Shown: one piece after another, positions 1-15,186 of the stretch
Numbering within the stretch: the first letter of the stretch is position 1
Layout: the number at the start of each line of letters is the position of its first letter
Assembly (NCBI RefSeq): GCF_009914755.1
Contig: NC_060943.1
Direction: 5' to 3' (one strand)
DNA: 64,000 nt
DNA from: the human T2T-CHM13v2.0 reference genome, Homo sapiens
Notes under the pieces: generated by a model
Seen by the model: only the letters and a program-made list of their open reading frames with translations
Databases searched by the model: none
What the model was told of the DNA's origin: nothing
Translations under genes and position numbers: made by a program

Positions 1-96
1 CCTGTACAACCTTGCGAGGCACCCAGAATACCAGGAGCGCTGCCGACAGGAGGTGCAAGAGCTTCTGAAGGACCGCGATCCTAAAGAGATTGAATG
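1..96 (+). CDS. CYP4F12: Cytochrome P450 4F12, internal coding exon (probably exon 9; 5' part outside window)
   Basis: Frame from nt 2 reads [32 protein letters not shown] (CYP4 J-helix region); phase-2 donor TG|GTGAGT at 97. Confidence 0.93.
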
Positions 97-149
97 GTGA
101 GTGCAAGTTCTTCTGGCCTGTTCCTGAGCCCATCATTGGTTCTGCTCCC

Positions 150-725
150 CAAGTGAGGAGGGGTGGAGGAGTTGTTTTGTGGATTCTTCCACTATTGCTT
201 AGTGGGTATAAAAGCAGAGGACCACAGGCAGGGCTTGATACCAAGCCTGGCTGTCAGGGGAAAAGTTGCAGGCCTTTAGGACCGAAAGACCCGGGCTGCT
301 AAGAGAATTGGTGACAATGTGTGAGGACAGATAATGCTACTTTGCACATGTTCAGCAAATGAACTTCCCCTCCACTCTGTTTCTGTTCTCCCAGAAATAT
401 CAGTTTTTTCGAAAATCCTCACTTCTTGAATGTTTGCTCAGGTGGGGAGGGGGAAGTTGTTTTTGTCAATTCTTCCATTATTGCTTAGTAGTACTAGGAG
501 CAGAGCACAGAGGCAGAACTTGGTATCCAACCTGGCTAGCAGGGGAAAGTTTTCAGACTTTTGGGACAGAGAGTCCTAGCCCGCTGAGAGAACTAGGGAC
601 AATATATGAAGGCAGACGATGACATCTAGACATGTTCAGTCAATGAATTTTCCCTTCACTCCTTTCTTGTTTACTCTGAATTATCATATTTTTTTCAAAC
701 ATCTTTACTTCCTGAATGTTTACTC
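150..725. repeat. Diverged ~290-bp tandem duplication in the CYP4F12 intron
   Basis: 150-439 and 440-725 are colinear (ATTCTTCCAYTATTGCTTAGT ... ACATGTTCAG ... TGAATGTTTRCTC). Confidence 0.8.
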
Positions 726-1069
726 TTCTGTTCCCTAATTCCTACCCTCCGGTCCAGTCCAGGGAGTCCTAAGGGAGACCTGGGGGTAAAAGTCATCTAT
801 CTTTTGTCTAGAACACCTGCATCGTTCATCCATTCAGTCTTCATTCAGCAAACTCTTCCACATGCCTTTCCATTGCCAGTTCTGTTCCCAGCACCTTTCT
901 GTGCTCTGGAGACCTGGAAAGAACCCTGCCTATGGATGTGTTTTCCAGGTACTCCCAGCCTAGTAGGAACAGTCCCCCACAAGACATTCCCAGTCCACAT
1001 AGGCAAGGATGGAGTTGAGAGCAAGAGAAGCATGGCTGGGAGTACAGAAAGTGTGATAGAAAGTGTTTC

Positions 1070-1205
1070 AAGCCAGATCTGGTGGCTGTCGCTTGTGATA
1101 CCAAGTACCGAGGAGGCTGAAGTGGGATAATCACTTGAGGTCAGGTTTAAGATCAACCTGGGCAATATAGAAAGAACCCATTTCTAAAAAAGTAAAAAAC
1201 CAAAA
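1070..1205 (+). mobile_element. Alu monomer (FLAM/AluJ-like)
   Basis: Diverged left-arm Alu motifs (GAGGCTGAAGTGGG...ATCACTTGAGGTCAGG...CCTGGGCAA) and an A-rich tail. Confidence 0.7.
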
Positions 1206-1910
1206 TAATAAAGTGCCTCAACTGAAACCCTGAATGGTGATCAGTAGGTGTTTGGATGCAGTAGTGCCCTAGGTCAAAAAGAAAGTCTGGGCAAAAATGC
1301 AAAAAGAGGGAGCAGGAGAGAGGGAGAAGAGGGAAAGAGAGGTTTGTGTGTCAGGGAAGGAGATGGTTATAAAGGGAGGGAGAAGTAAGAGGGAGGAAAA
1401 GTGAGGGAGAGCAAGATAAAGAGAGGAGGGAAGACAGAAGGAGACAGAGAGAGAATGAGAGAGAAAGGAACTGAGTTGTGATGAGATAATAACTATGGTA
1501 GTGAAAGCAGAGTCTGGCTGTGGAAAATATGGGAAAATGGTAATGGCTTCCATTTTAACCCAAAGGCAATGGGAAGCCATAACAAGTGGTTGAGCAGGGG
1601 AGGGGCAGGTCATATCTGGGCACCAGAAAGATCTTTTCAGAGCTACTGTGGAGAGAGGACCAGCTGTAGAATGAAGTCCCAGTGAAGACATTCTGGGACC
1701 TGAGCCAGGGCAGGGGCTGGGGATGGAGAGGAGGCAATGGACTGGACATGTGTTTTGGAGGCCGTGTCCTCCCGTCCAAGCCTTTGCTCAGCACAGCAGT
1801 CCTAAAAGGTGGCAACACTTTTTATGCTTTTAAAAACCAAGATATCAAGTAATACTGTGCACTTTGTAAACAAAAAAAAGTGTCTAAAACATTTATAAAA
1901 ATGAGCTTTC

Positions 1911-2202
<292 letters not shown>

Positions 2203-2344
2203 TTAACTGTCACCCTAGTAGTTTCTACCATCAATGGTTTTGTGTGTCCCTCCAGAAGATGGCTATCTTGATGCCCACTTTATAAGAACACAGACTTCTT
2301 CTATACAAATAAGAGTGTATAAAATAGACACAGTACTTTTTCCC

Positions 2345-5010
2345 AAGATGGTGGGTTGGAGGCAATGTCAGTGTGCCTCTCCCATGTGGAAGGACAGAAT
2401 AGTGTGTAGAGATTCACAGTGTAAGCTTTCTTTTCCCAAGAAACAACACAGGGACTTAACAGGAAAACCAGAAGAATCCACAAACCCTTCAAAAGAAGCT
2501 ACAGGCTGCATTCTACTCTGTGAGACAGGTGAAAAACTGTGAATCCTCAGAGTAAGAGGGGGAGAGACTGCTTCCTAGGTACACATCTTCACTGGGGAAT
2601 CTGAAAATTCAGACCACAGGAGAAGGCCTTAACTCTATCCAGGGCTTGAACTGATTTAGGGAGTGGTAAGAAATATAAAAGTAGAAGCAGCAGCAGGAAG
2701 TCCCTTGCAGGCATTCACAATCTCCAGCATGGACTGAGGGAAGCCATTCCTTATTGTATCTCACAGGGGACCTTGGGGAAGTCAGACAACTAGCTCAGGT
2801 GAGGTCACAGGTTGAACGAAATGCCCAAATGAATTTCTTGATATAACCTCGAGTGGGGATGAACTCCCTTGACCAGAACCCGGGAGGCAAGCAGGAAGTG
2901 TGCTGCAGACAGGAGTTCAGAAGCTGGGTGCCTGGCCTTGGACAGGGACAAAAAAGGACATGGCCTGAAAGCATTGCTATTTCTGTGGGAAAAGCTTATG
3001 GCCTGGGGCAGGGCTGAGTTCTGTGCACAGACTGCCTGGATCTAAATCCAGTGCTATGAGTGGAACACTGCATGTGTGAGACCCACCTTGTGCCAACTGC
3101 ATGGGAGCTAGATGAGGCTTACTGCCACCTGCTACTCTCCACTCCCTTGTCAAACTCTTCTGTGAGGCAGAGGCAGTTATACTCACCTCTGGATCATTAC
3201 CCCAGTGACCTAAGAACCACCCTCTGACTCTCACAGGGCAAAACAAACAAACAAAAAAACAGTTGCAAAAAAAAAAAATACCTAGGAATATACTTAACCA
3301 AGGAGGTTAAAGCTCTCTACAAGGAGAACTACAAAACAGTGCTGGACAAAACCATAGATGACACAAACCAATGAAAACACATCCCATGTTCATGGATTGG
3401 AAGAATCAATATTGTGAAAATGATCATAGTGCAAAGCAATCTACAGATTTAACGCAATGCCTATGAAAATACCTTCATCATTTTTCACACAACTGGGAAA
3501 AGCAATTCTAAAATTCATATGGAACCAAAACAGAGCCTGTGTAGTCAAAGCAATACCAAGCAAAAAGAAAAAATTTGGAGGCATCACATTACCGGACTTC
3601 AAATTACATTACAAGGCTACAATTACCAAAACAGCATGGTACTGGTATAAAAGTAGGCATTTAGATGAATGGAACAGAAAGGAGGACCCAGAAATAAAGC
3701 CAAATACTTACAGCCAACTGATCTTTGACAAAGCATACAAAAACATAAATTGGGGAAAGACACCCTATTCAATAAATGGTGCTGGGAAAACTGGACAGTC
3801 ACATGTAGAAAAATGAAACTGCATCCCCATCTCTCACCTTGTACAAAAATCAAAGGCTTAAATCTAAGACAGAAACCATAACAATTTTATAAGATAACCT
3901 TGGAAAAACTCTTTTGGACATTGGCCTAGGCAAAGAATTCGTGACCAAGACCACAAAAGCAAATGCAACAAAACCAAAAATAAATCAGTGGAACTTAATT
4001 AAACTAAAAAGCTTCTGCACAACAAAATAATAATAATAATAATAGCCGACTTAACAGACAACCTACAGAGTGGGGGAAAATATTTGCAAACTATGCATCT
4101 GACAAAGGGCTAGTATCCAGAATCTACAAGGAACTCAAACAACTCAGCAAGGAAAACAAACAAACAAACAATTAGTTCCATCAAAAAGTGGGCAAAGGGC
4201 ATGAACAGATAATTCTCAAAAGAAGATACACAAACAGCCACGAAACATATGAAAAAATGCTCAACATCACTAATCATCAGGGATATGCAAATTAAAACCA
4301 CAATGAGATACCATCTTGTTTCTACAAGAATGGCCATAATTAAAAAGTCAAAAAACAATAGATGTATGTTGTGGATGTATTGAAAAGTGAATGCTCATAC
4401 ACTGCTATGAAAATTAACATAACCTCTGTGGAAAACGATAAGGATATTCCTTAGCGAACTAAAAGTAAATCTACCATTCCATCCAGCAATCTCACTACTA
4501 GGTATCCACCCAAAGGAAAAGTGATTATATGAAAAAGACACATGCACATGCATGCTTATAGTAGCACAATTCACAATTGTAAAGGTACGGAACCAACCTA
4601 ACTGCCCATTGACCAATGAGTGGATAAAGAAAATGTGGCATATATACACAATGGAATACTACTCAGTCATAAAAAGGAATGAAATAATGTCTTTTGCCGC
4701 AACTTGGATGGAGCTGGAGGCCATTATTCTAAGTGAAGTAACTCAAGAATAGAAAACCAAATACCATATATTTTCACCTATAAGTGGGAGCTAAGCTGTG
4801 AGGACACAAATACATACAGAGTGATATAATGAGCTTTGGAGACTCGGAGAGCAAGGTTGGGAGCCGGGTAAGGGAGAAAAGACTGCATATTGGGGACAGT
4901 ATACACTGCATGGGTGATGGGTGCACTAAAACCTCAGAATTCACCACTATAGAAATCATCCATGTAACCAAACCACTTATATCCCAAATGCTATTGAAAT
5001 AAAAGGAAGT
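2345..5010 (+). mobile_element. Old primate L1 (L1PB-like): 5'UTR joined directly to ORF2 3' part and 3'UTR
   Basis: 2345-3237 resembles the L1 5'UTR at 16350; ORF2 fragments at 3457-3816 and 4552-4752; L1 3' end near 5000. Confidence 0.8.
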
Positions 5011-5089
5011 AAAGAAGAGACAGATCTGCACATTAACAATATATCTTTGGGAGCTTTTCTTTTTCTAAAAATATGAGTTTTGGAAAATT

Positions 5090-5605
5090 AGTTCGTTTTT
5101 ATTTTTAATTGGCAAATTTTAATTATATATGTTTATGGGGTGCAATGTGATATTATGATATATGTATACAACGTGGAATGATTAAGTCAATTTAATAAAC
5201 ATACCCGTCATCTCATATACTCATCATTTTTGTGGTGAGAATATTTGAAATTTGCTCTCTTAGCAATTTTGAGAAATTTATTATTATTAACTGTAGTCAC
5301 CATGCATGCAATAGATCTCAAAACTTATTCCTTCTAACGGAAACTTGTACCCTTTGACCAATGTCTTTCCATTCTTTCTTCCTCCCTTCTCTGGTAACCA
5401 CCATTCTCTTCTTGGTTTCTATGATTTCTGTGTTAATTATTTCAGATCTCACAGGTAATTAAGGTTATGTGCTGTTTGTCTCTTTGTGCCTGGCTCATTT
5501 CACTTAGCATAATGTCCTTTAGGTTCTTGCAGATTGCCACAGATGAAAGAATTTTCTTCTGTTTTAAGGCTGACTAGCATTCCATTTTGTATATATACAC
5601 CACAC
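5090..5605 (-). mobile_element. L1M 3' fragment
   Basis: Antisense L1M 3'UTR motifs (CTGGCTCATTTCACTTAGCATAATG). Confidence 0.7.
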
Positions 5606-6844
5606 GGAAAATGAGTTTTGAATTACAAAAGCAATGATGAGAACAGTTTCTTCTTGCACTCAATGAGGCATCACAGATAGACAAGGGTTATTCTTGACAT
5701 TCCTGCTATCCCACCTAATATCCTCCCTTTCTCCAAGGGGGCCTGTAGAGATACTTATTTGTCATCTATCTGTCTGTCTGTTTACATCTATCTACATATC
5801 TTTCTATCATCGATCTCTTCTTATATTCCTTATATTTTTTGTCCTATGGTATTTACATATATGGACATTTGGGAACATGTTTTTTTCCACTCAATACTGT
5901 GTCTGACAGATATTTTTTCTGAGTGCTGAATAGCATTCCATGTTTTATTTGGCCCATCCCTTTGTTGAAGACACTTGCGTAAACATTTCCAATCATTGGA
6001 GGTATGGCCAATTTGCATTCCAGAGTCTCTGTACTGATTTAGCTTCTGGTCTGCATTGTGTGACAGGACTAGTGATCCTTTTTTTCTCCTTTTGTGTAGC
6101 TGTATACTATTCCATTGTGTGGATGTTTATCTAAACATCTCCCCATCCATGTATATTTGGCTTGTTTCATCCTTTTGCTAAATTAAACTTGTGCAATCGG
6201 CATGTGTGTACAGTGAGCATTGCTCATATGTATAAACATCACTGCAGGACAAATTCCCAAAAGTGCAATTGTTGAACCAAAGACCATTTGCATTCTACAG
6301 TTGTAATAATGATTGCAAATCCATCTCTATATTAGGTGAGTTTGATGGCACTAGCTTTCCCACAAATTTGCCAATAGTATTATTGTATTATTAAATTTAA
6401 ATTTTTTGTCCATCTTCATATTTCATCTTTTAATGAGCATTTTCTTAAATAAGAGTGAGAAAGAACATCCTTTGCCCAAGTTGATAAGCCATTTATTTTC
6501 TTTCTATGGGAGTGGTCATCTGATATTTTCTGCTGTTTTTCTTTGGGTTCTTTTTTCTTATTTACTTATAAGAATGTGTATCACAATTAATGTTTTTTTT
6601 TTCTGTTTTTTTGTTGCAAAAGATTGCCTTTTGACTTTTTTGGGGGGTGCTTTTGGTTAATTACATTTGTTCGTATTTTCTTTTGTACCACACTACCCAG
6701 CTATTTCCCAGAGTTTTGTGGGGCTTCCTTTGGCAGATGGGAAGTTTCCACTTATTCACATGTCCGTCTCTGACCTTTTTAGTCTTTTGAATGCATCCGT
6801 TTTTATGGCATTGCCAGACTATTTTTTCTTACTGTGACTTTTCT

Positions 6845-7105
6845 TTTCTTTTTTCTTTTTTTGAGATGGAGTCTAGCTTTGTCGCCCAGGCTGGAGTGCA
6901 GTGGTGCGATCTCAGCTTACTGAAACCTCCTGCCTCTCTGGTTCAAGCTATTCTCCTGCCTCAGCCTCCCGAGTAACTGGGACTACAGGCACCCTCCACC
7001 ACGCCTGGCTAATTCTTGTTTTAGGTAGAGATGAGGTTTCACCACATTGGTCAGGCTGGTCTCAAACTCTTGACCTCAAGTGATCCACCCACCTCGGCCT
7101 CCCAA
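6845..7105 (-). mobile_element. Alu (S-like)
   Basis: T-tract followed by GAGATGGAGTCT...CAGGCTGGAGTGCAGTGG. Confidence 0.88.
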
Positions 7106-7679
7106 TACTCTGACTTTCTAATGGGTTTTAATATCTGGCAGAGTGGCTTTTTTTGTTGTTAAATCAACCCTTGCAAACATTTGTTGTGTGATAAAGTGTA
7201 TGTTTTATTTGGATTGAGGGAAATTTATAATGAAATACAGAGATTTCATGTTTCTTTTTAAGTTTAATCCAGGTATTTTATATTATTATGACTAGTATCT
7301 TTTCTTTTATTATCTTTTCATTTGATGGTTATTTCTATATGGTAAAACTAATGATTTATGCATATAAATTCTATGGCCAATGAACATAGTATATGCTAAA
7401 GATGGTATCTGTATCAAGAGAAAAAATATAGATAATTAAGTAAAAGCTCTTGGGGCAACTGGAAAGCCTTCTGGAAAAAAGGCAACTGAACCTGGTTCTC
7501 ATATCTTATGACAAGATAATGTTCAGATTAATCATTTTTTTCTAAAAGAGTCCTAAAAGCTCTAGAAGGAACCATGAGAAAATTATTTCATAGCGCCAGA
7601 GTAGGGATAACCTTATTTTGACGTAAGTCCCAGGGGCTATGAAAAAGTGATAAACTGTTAAATGAGAGAAAAGATACAC

Positions 7680-7978
<299 letters not shown>

Positions 7979-8275
7979 GATACAGAATAGTGTCTACAGT
8001 AGATGGTGTGCTCCTATATAATTTTTTAAGATGCTTAAAATCAGCCCAGAAAGCATACATTAAAAAAATAATAACCTGGCAACGTGTGGGGAGAAGTAAA
8101 TGGCATTGGGCCATAGGAGTGAATTATGTTTTATAGTTTTCAAATTCTGAACCAGATAATTGTAGACGGTATGAAAATTTTAAATAGCCACTGCAAAAGA
8201 AGAAAGATTAAGCAGAGAATTCAGCTCCTTTGCTCGATCTTAAATGTTTATAAACGTTTTCCAGTGGGGCCTCTA

Positions 8276-10401
<2,126 letters not shown>

Positions 10402-10820
10402 CAAATTGCATGACTCTCCTTTTTTCCCTTGCCTAATTGCACTTGCTGGTATCTCTAGCATCACGCTAAATAAGAGCAAAACATTGGATCTGGGTATTTT
10501 GTTTGTTATTCATTTGCATTTGAGTTTGCTTTCTTGCCATAGACAATATTTATTTTTATGTGAGTTTGTTAATTTTTTACCGCTGGCTTCTGGGTGTTTT
10601 CCTCAGAGTATTTATTTTTATCTATTTGGCTAAATTTTCTCTGGTACTTTTCTAATTCTCTGCTTCTCTAATTGTTTTCTGCTTTTTAAAATTCTCAAAT
10701 GTTTGATCCCCGTGGAGTTTATTTTGTGATAGGGAGAAAAGGTCTCATTTGCAAATAGAAAAGGTGGAGAGTTGTGTATTTGTTCCCTTGATAATGACTG
10801 GGGCTGGGGTGTTTCCTTAG

Positions 10821-10954
10821 GGACGACCTGGCCCAGCTGCCCTTCCTGACCATGTGCGTGAAGGAGAGCCTGAGGTTACATCCCCCAGCTCCCTTCATCT
10901 CCCGATGCTGCACCCAGGACATTGTTCTCCCAGATGGCCGAGTCATCCCCAAAG
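10821..10954 (+). CDS. CYP4F12: CYP4F12 coding exon (134 bp, K-helix ExxR)
   Basis: Acceptor TTTCCTTAG|; reads [44 protein letters not shown]; donor AG|GTGCCC; phase matches the previous exon. Confidence 0.95.
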
Positions 10955-11045
10955 GTGCCCACAGCCTCAGGGGGAGAAGCCTCCCGGGTAGGAAGATGGT
11001 TCCCTCAGGGGATCCTTGTCCTGACTGCCCCTTTCTCTCCCACAG

Positions 11046-11110
11046 GCATTACCTGCCTCATCGATATTATAGGGGTCCATCACAACCCAACTGTGTGGCC
11101 GGATCCTGAG
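11046..11110 (+). CDS. CYP4F12: CYP4F12 coding exon (65 bp)
   Basis: Acceptor CTCCCACAG|; reads [22 protein letters not shown]; donor AG|GTGCTG. Confidence 0.95.
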
Positions 11111-11188
11111 GTGCTGCCTTCCCCATTCACCACCACCACCCCCATCCTCTACTTTTGTGTGTGTGTGTGTGAATTCCAAGGTTCCTAG

Positions 11189-11398
<210 letters not shown>

Positions 11399-11792
11399 TA
11401 AGAGCGCCCTGTGTCTGAGGCAGGGATGGGATGATGGGTGCGGGAGTTAAAAAAAGGGGGACGTTGCAGATGGTCCCAGTTCCAGCTCTCCTTCCCTCCA
11501 TTCCTTCACAGTTTATGGGAAAACGTCCATAGAATGGGGATGAGTAGGTCCTAGAGGGGTCCGCGGAGTGCTCAAAATCCCCTTCTCCATCTGCTGGTCT
11601 GAGCTGGGAGCTGGAGTCAGGCCCAGTCTCCGGGACATACAAGCCCACATGGGAGTCCCAGGCACGCTTAGTCTTTCTCTCTCTCTCTCAGGCTGAGCTG
11701 GGTGCAGTTGGGGGTCCCAGGCCAGGTTCCTGGGTTGATGGGACCCAAATGCGGGTCTTGGGCACAGTCACAGTCCCCACTCCCGCCTGCAG

Positions 11793-11970
11793 GAACTGCA
11801 TCGGGCAGGCGTTCGCCATGGCGGAGATGAAAGTGGTCCTGGCGTTGATGCTGCTGCACTTCCGGTTCCTGCCAGACCACACTGAGCCCCGCAGGAAGCT
11901 GGAATTGATCATGCGCGCCGAGGGCGGGCTTTGGCTGCGGGTGGAGCCCCTGAATGTAGGCTTGCAGTGA
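11793..11970 (+). CDS. CYP4F12: CYP4F12 terminal coding exon (heme-ligand Cys)
   Basis: Acceptor CCTGCAG|; reads [59 protein letters not shown], completing FSAGPRNCIG. The C-terminus matches my recollection of CYP4F12. Confidence 0.93.
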
Positions 11971-12010
11971 CTTTCTGACCCATCCACCTGTTTTTTTGCA
12001 GATTGTCATG

Positions 12011-12016
12011 AATAAA
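12011..12016 (+). terminator. CYP4F12 polyadenylation signal
   Basis: AATAAA 40 nt after the stop codon. Confidence 0.8.
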
Positions 12017-12789
12017 ACGGTGCTGTCACCTCTGCCTGGGCCTCACTGACAGCCTGCAGGGGGCTCTTGGGGACTGGGAGGCTTCAGGGAAGGGGCCTAG
12101 CCTGGGTGGGTTAGGCGGGATGTTTTCCCTGAAACCAAGAACCTGACTGCCTCTTTGGCTGAGCATAGGGCCTCCATGCTTATAGCAGGGTCTCTCAGAG
12201 CCCAAGTATGGACTTTATCCTGTGGACAATGTGGAGCCATGGGAGGTTTTTGAGCAGGAGAGGGACCAGGATTAAGAACGGATTTAAGAGGTACGACTGA
12301 GGCTAAGTGAGAAGCAACCATAGGGGCAGATCCTTTCTTTTGGTCTGGGAGTGTCCCAAGACCGAGGTCCCTGGCCAGTTCAGAACACAAGGATAGAAGG
12401 GTGCAGCTTATACCCTGGCAGGCTCTCAGGAGTTCTGTTTCCTTTCTTGCTAACGTCCCACCCTATGTCTCCCCCTTCCAGTTGATCGCTTTTGTGACCC
12501 CTTTCCCTAACTTCAGGCAGCTCCTATTTTTCCTCTTTTGAGCCCTCTGACTCTGCCCAGGCTGCTTGTCCATCAGCTGCTATCTGAATCCTCCCCCTAC
12601 TCTCTTCTGCTATGTGCCAGGCACTCTCACAAGTGTCAGGGGTTGGGCACGTCTTCACCCTTTCACCTCTAGATTCCTCCTTCATTCCCATCACTGACCC
12701 ATCTTGGGGTGGGGTGCAGTCAGGAACATCCTGTTTGACCCTTGAGATTCAAAGACAGATGACTGGAAACAGAACACCATCCCAAAGGT

Positions 12790-12985
12790 ATGGGATCTGG
12801 AGCCAGACTGTTGGGCTGAAGTCTCATCTTTGCTGTGTGACTTGAGTAAGTTAATTCCCCTCTATGCACTTCAGTTTCCTCAAACATATAATGTGGGCAA
12901 CAACACTACCTAACTCAGGGTTGTCCTGAGGACAAAATGTGGAGAACTCAGAACTTGTTGCCTGGTGCATATTGGATGCTTAATA
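12790..12985. mobile_element. MIR
   Basis: MIR core motifs (CTGTGTGACTTGAGTAAGTTA...TCAGTTTCCTC). Confidence 0.65.
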
Positions 12986-14340
12986 AATGTGGCCATTATT
13001 ACCTCCTCTCTGAGAAAGTCTGGCTAATAAACCATGTTGCCTTTCAAGATAGTTTTTTTCTACCACGACTTTAAAGACTGTCTTGGAACTTACAGGCAAG
13101 AATTGTAATATTTGTGCTCCTTGAATAATCTCTTGCCTTTTAGAGGGCTGTGCATTTAGGAGGCAATTTTTTCTAAGACTGGTTGCGGGCACCTGAAAGT
13201 GCAAGGTGGTAGGAGAAGGAAAGAAGCCTCAGTTAATGTTTTAAAATGATGTCCTGCCACAAACATTGACCTCTGTTCATAGCCTAAGGAATTCTGCACC
13301 GCTGCACCCTGCAGACTTGTCAAATCTTCTCTCCAGCTCATATTCCTCCCTTGTTACACTCAGTCACCTTGTCCTTGATTCTTATCTCCAAATACATTAT
13401 ATTTTCTTGTTTAGGGCCATTGTACTTCCTTGGAACTCTTGTGAAAGATCAGTTGCCTATACTTAACGTGGGTCTATTTTCTGGGATTTGTATTCTGGTC
13501 CATTGACCTATTTGTCTTTTACTAATACCACAACATCTTGATTACTGTAACTTTACAGTAAGTCTTGAAGTGGGATATTGTCATTCCTCAAACAATATTC
13601 CACTTCTTCAACAGTGTGTTGTCTATTCTAGGTCTTTTGTCTCTCCATGTGCATTTTAGAGTTAGTTTGTTGATATCCATTAAAAAAGCTTTCTTAAATT
13701 TTTACTGGGACTGCATTGAATCTACAGAATTACTTGGGAAGAACTGACATCCTGAGAATATTTTCTGCCTTATAAGAAATGCTCAAGGAAGTCCTGCATC
13801 TGGAAGTGAAAATAGGATAACTACCATCATGACAACATACAAAAGTATAAAATTATCTGGCAGAAACTGGAAAAAACTTCACAGTGTGAACCTTTACACA
13901 CTATTTTGTCTTCCAAGTGGAAGAAGCATACTAACAATGCCACCAATCCACCATCTCAGGAAAAAAATTAATAAACTGTCTTTTCTGTAATCCCCTTTTC
14001 AATGGGGGTGAGGTGTTATTTCACTGTGGTTTTGATTTACGTTTTTTGAGAACCAAAAGCAAACAGGAGTAGCTATATTTATATCAGGTAAAATAGACTT
14101 TAAGTTAAAATCTGTAAAAAGAGACAAAGATGTTTATTATATAATAATAAAGGGATCAATTCAACTAGAGGAAATAATTGCAAATGTTGTAAATATTTAC
14201 AATATTATTTACACCCAATAGTAGAGTACCCAGATATCGAAAGCACACATTATTAGATCTAAAGAGAGACATATACTGTGATACAATAATCACTGGGGAC
14301 TTCAGCAACCCACTGTCAGCATTGGACAGTTCATCTAGAC

Positions 14341-14650
14341 TAGCAGTCTCCATCTTTTTTGGCACCAGGGACGAGTTTCACGGAAGCCGATTTTCCCATG
14401 GACGAAGGTAGGGGATGGTTTTGGGATGATTCAAGCACATTACACTTATCATTAGATCCTCATAAGGAGTGTGTAAACTAGACGCCTCATGTTTGGAGTT
14501 CACAGTAGGGTTCACATTCCTATGAGAATTGAATGCTGCTGCTGATCTGCATCCGATCAGCAGGGCAAGAGGTGGAGCTCACCTTTGCTTGCTTGCCCAC
14601 CACTCACCTCCTGCTGTGCAGCCTGGTTCCTAACATGCATCGGATTGGTA
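14341..14650. mobile_element. MER1-like hAT-Charlie DNA transposon
   Basis: CTTTTTTGGCACCAGGGAC...GATGGTTTTGGGATGATTCAAGCACATTACA typical of MER1. Confidence 0.75.
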
Positions 14651-14894
14651 TTCTATACATACATATATTAATTAATATATATTATAATATGTCTTTCCTT
14701 TTTTTGGTGATCTTTTCAGTGTCTTTCATCAGTGTTTTATAGTTTTCCTTGCAGAGATCTTTTGCCCACTTATTTAAATTAATTTCTATGCAATATATAT
14801 TACTAAGAAATAGTATAATACATATGTGTATATATATTATATATATATAACTTAGAAATAAATTTAACCTACTCAGTTAAATTTATTTCTAAGT

Positions 14895-15186
14895 GGCTGG
14901 GCGCTGTGTCTCATGCCTGTAATCCCAGCACTTTGGGAGGCTGAGCCAGTTGGATGACCTGAGGTCAGGAGTTCAAGACCAGCCTGACCAACATGGTGAA
15001 ACCCTGTCTCTACTAAAAATACAAAAATTAGCTGGGCGTGGTGGTGTGTGCCTGTAATCTAAACTGCTTAGGAGGCTGAGGCAGGAGAATCGCTTGAACC
15101 CGGGAGGCGAAGATTTCAGTGAGCCGAGATCGCACCATTGTACTTCAGCCTGGCCTAGAAAAGTGAAATTCCATCTCAAAAAAAAA
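14895..15186 (+). mobile_element. AluSx-like
   Basis: Full dimer flanked by the TSD TATTTCTAAGT. Confidence 0.9.
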
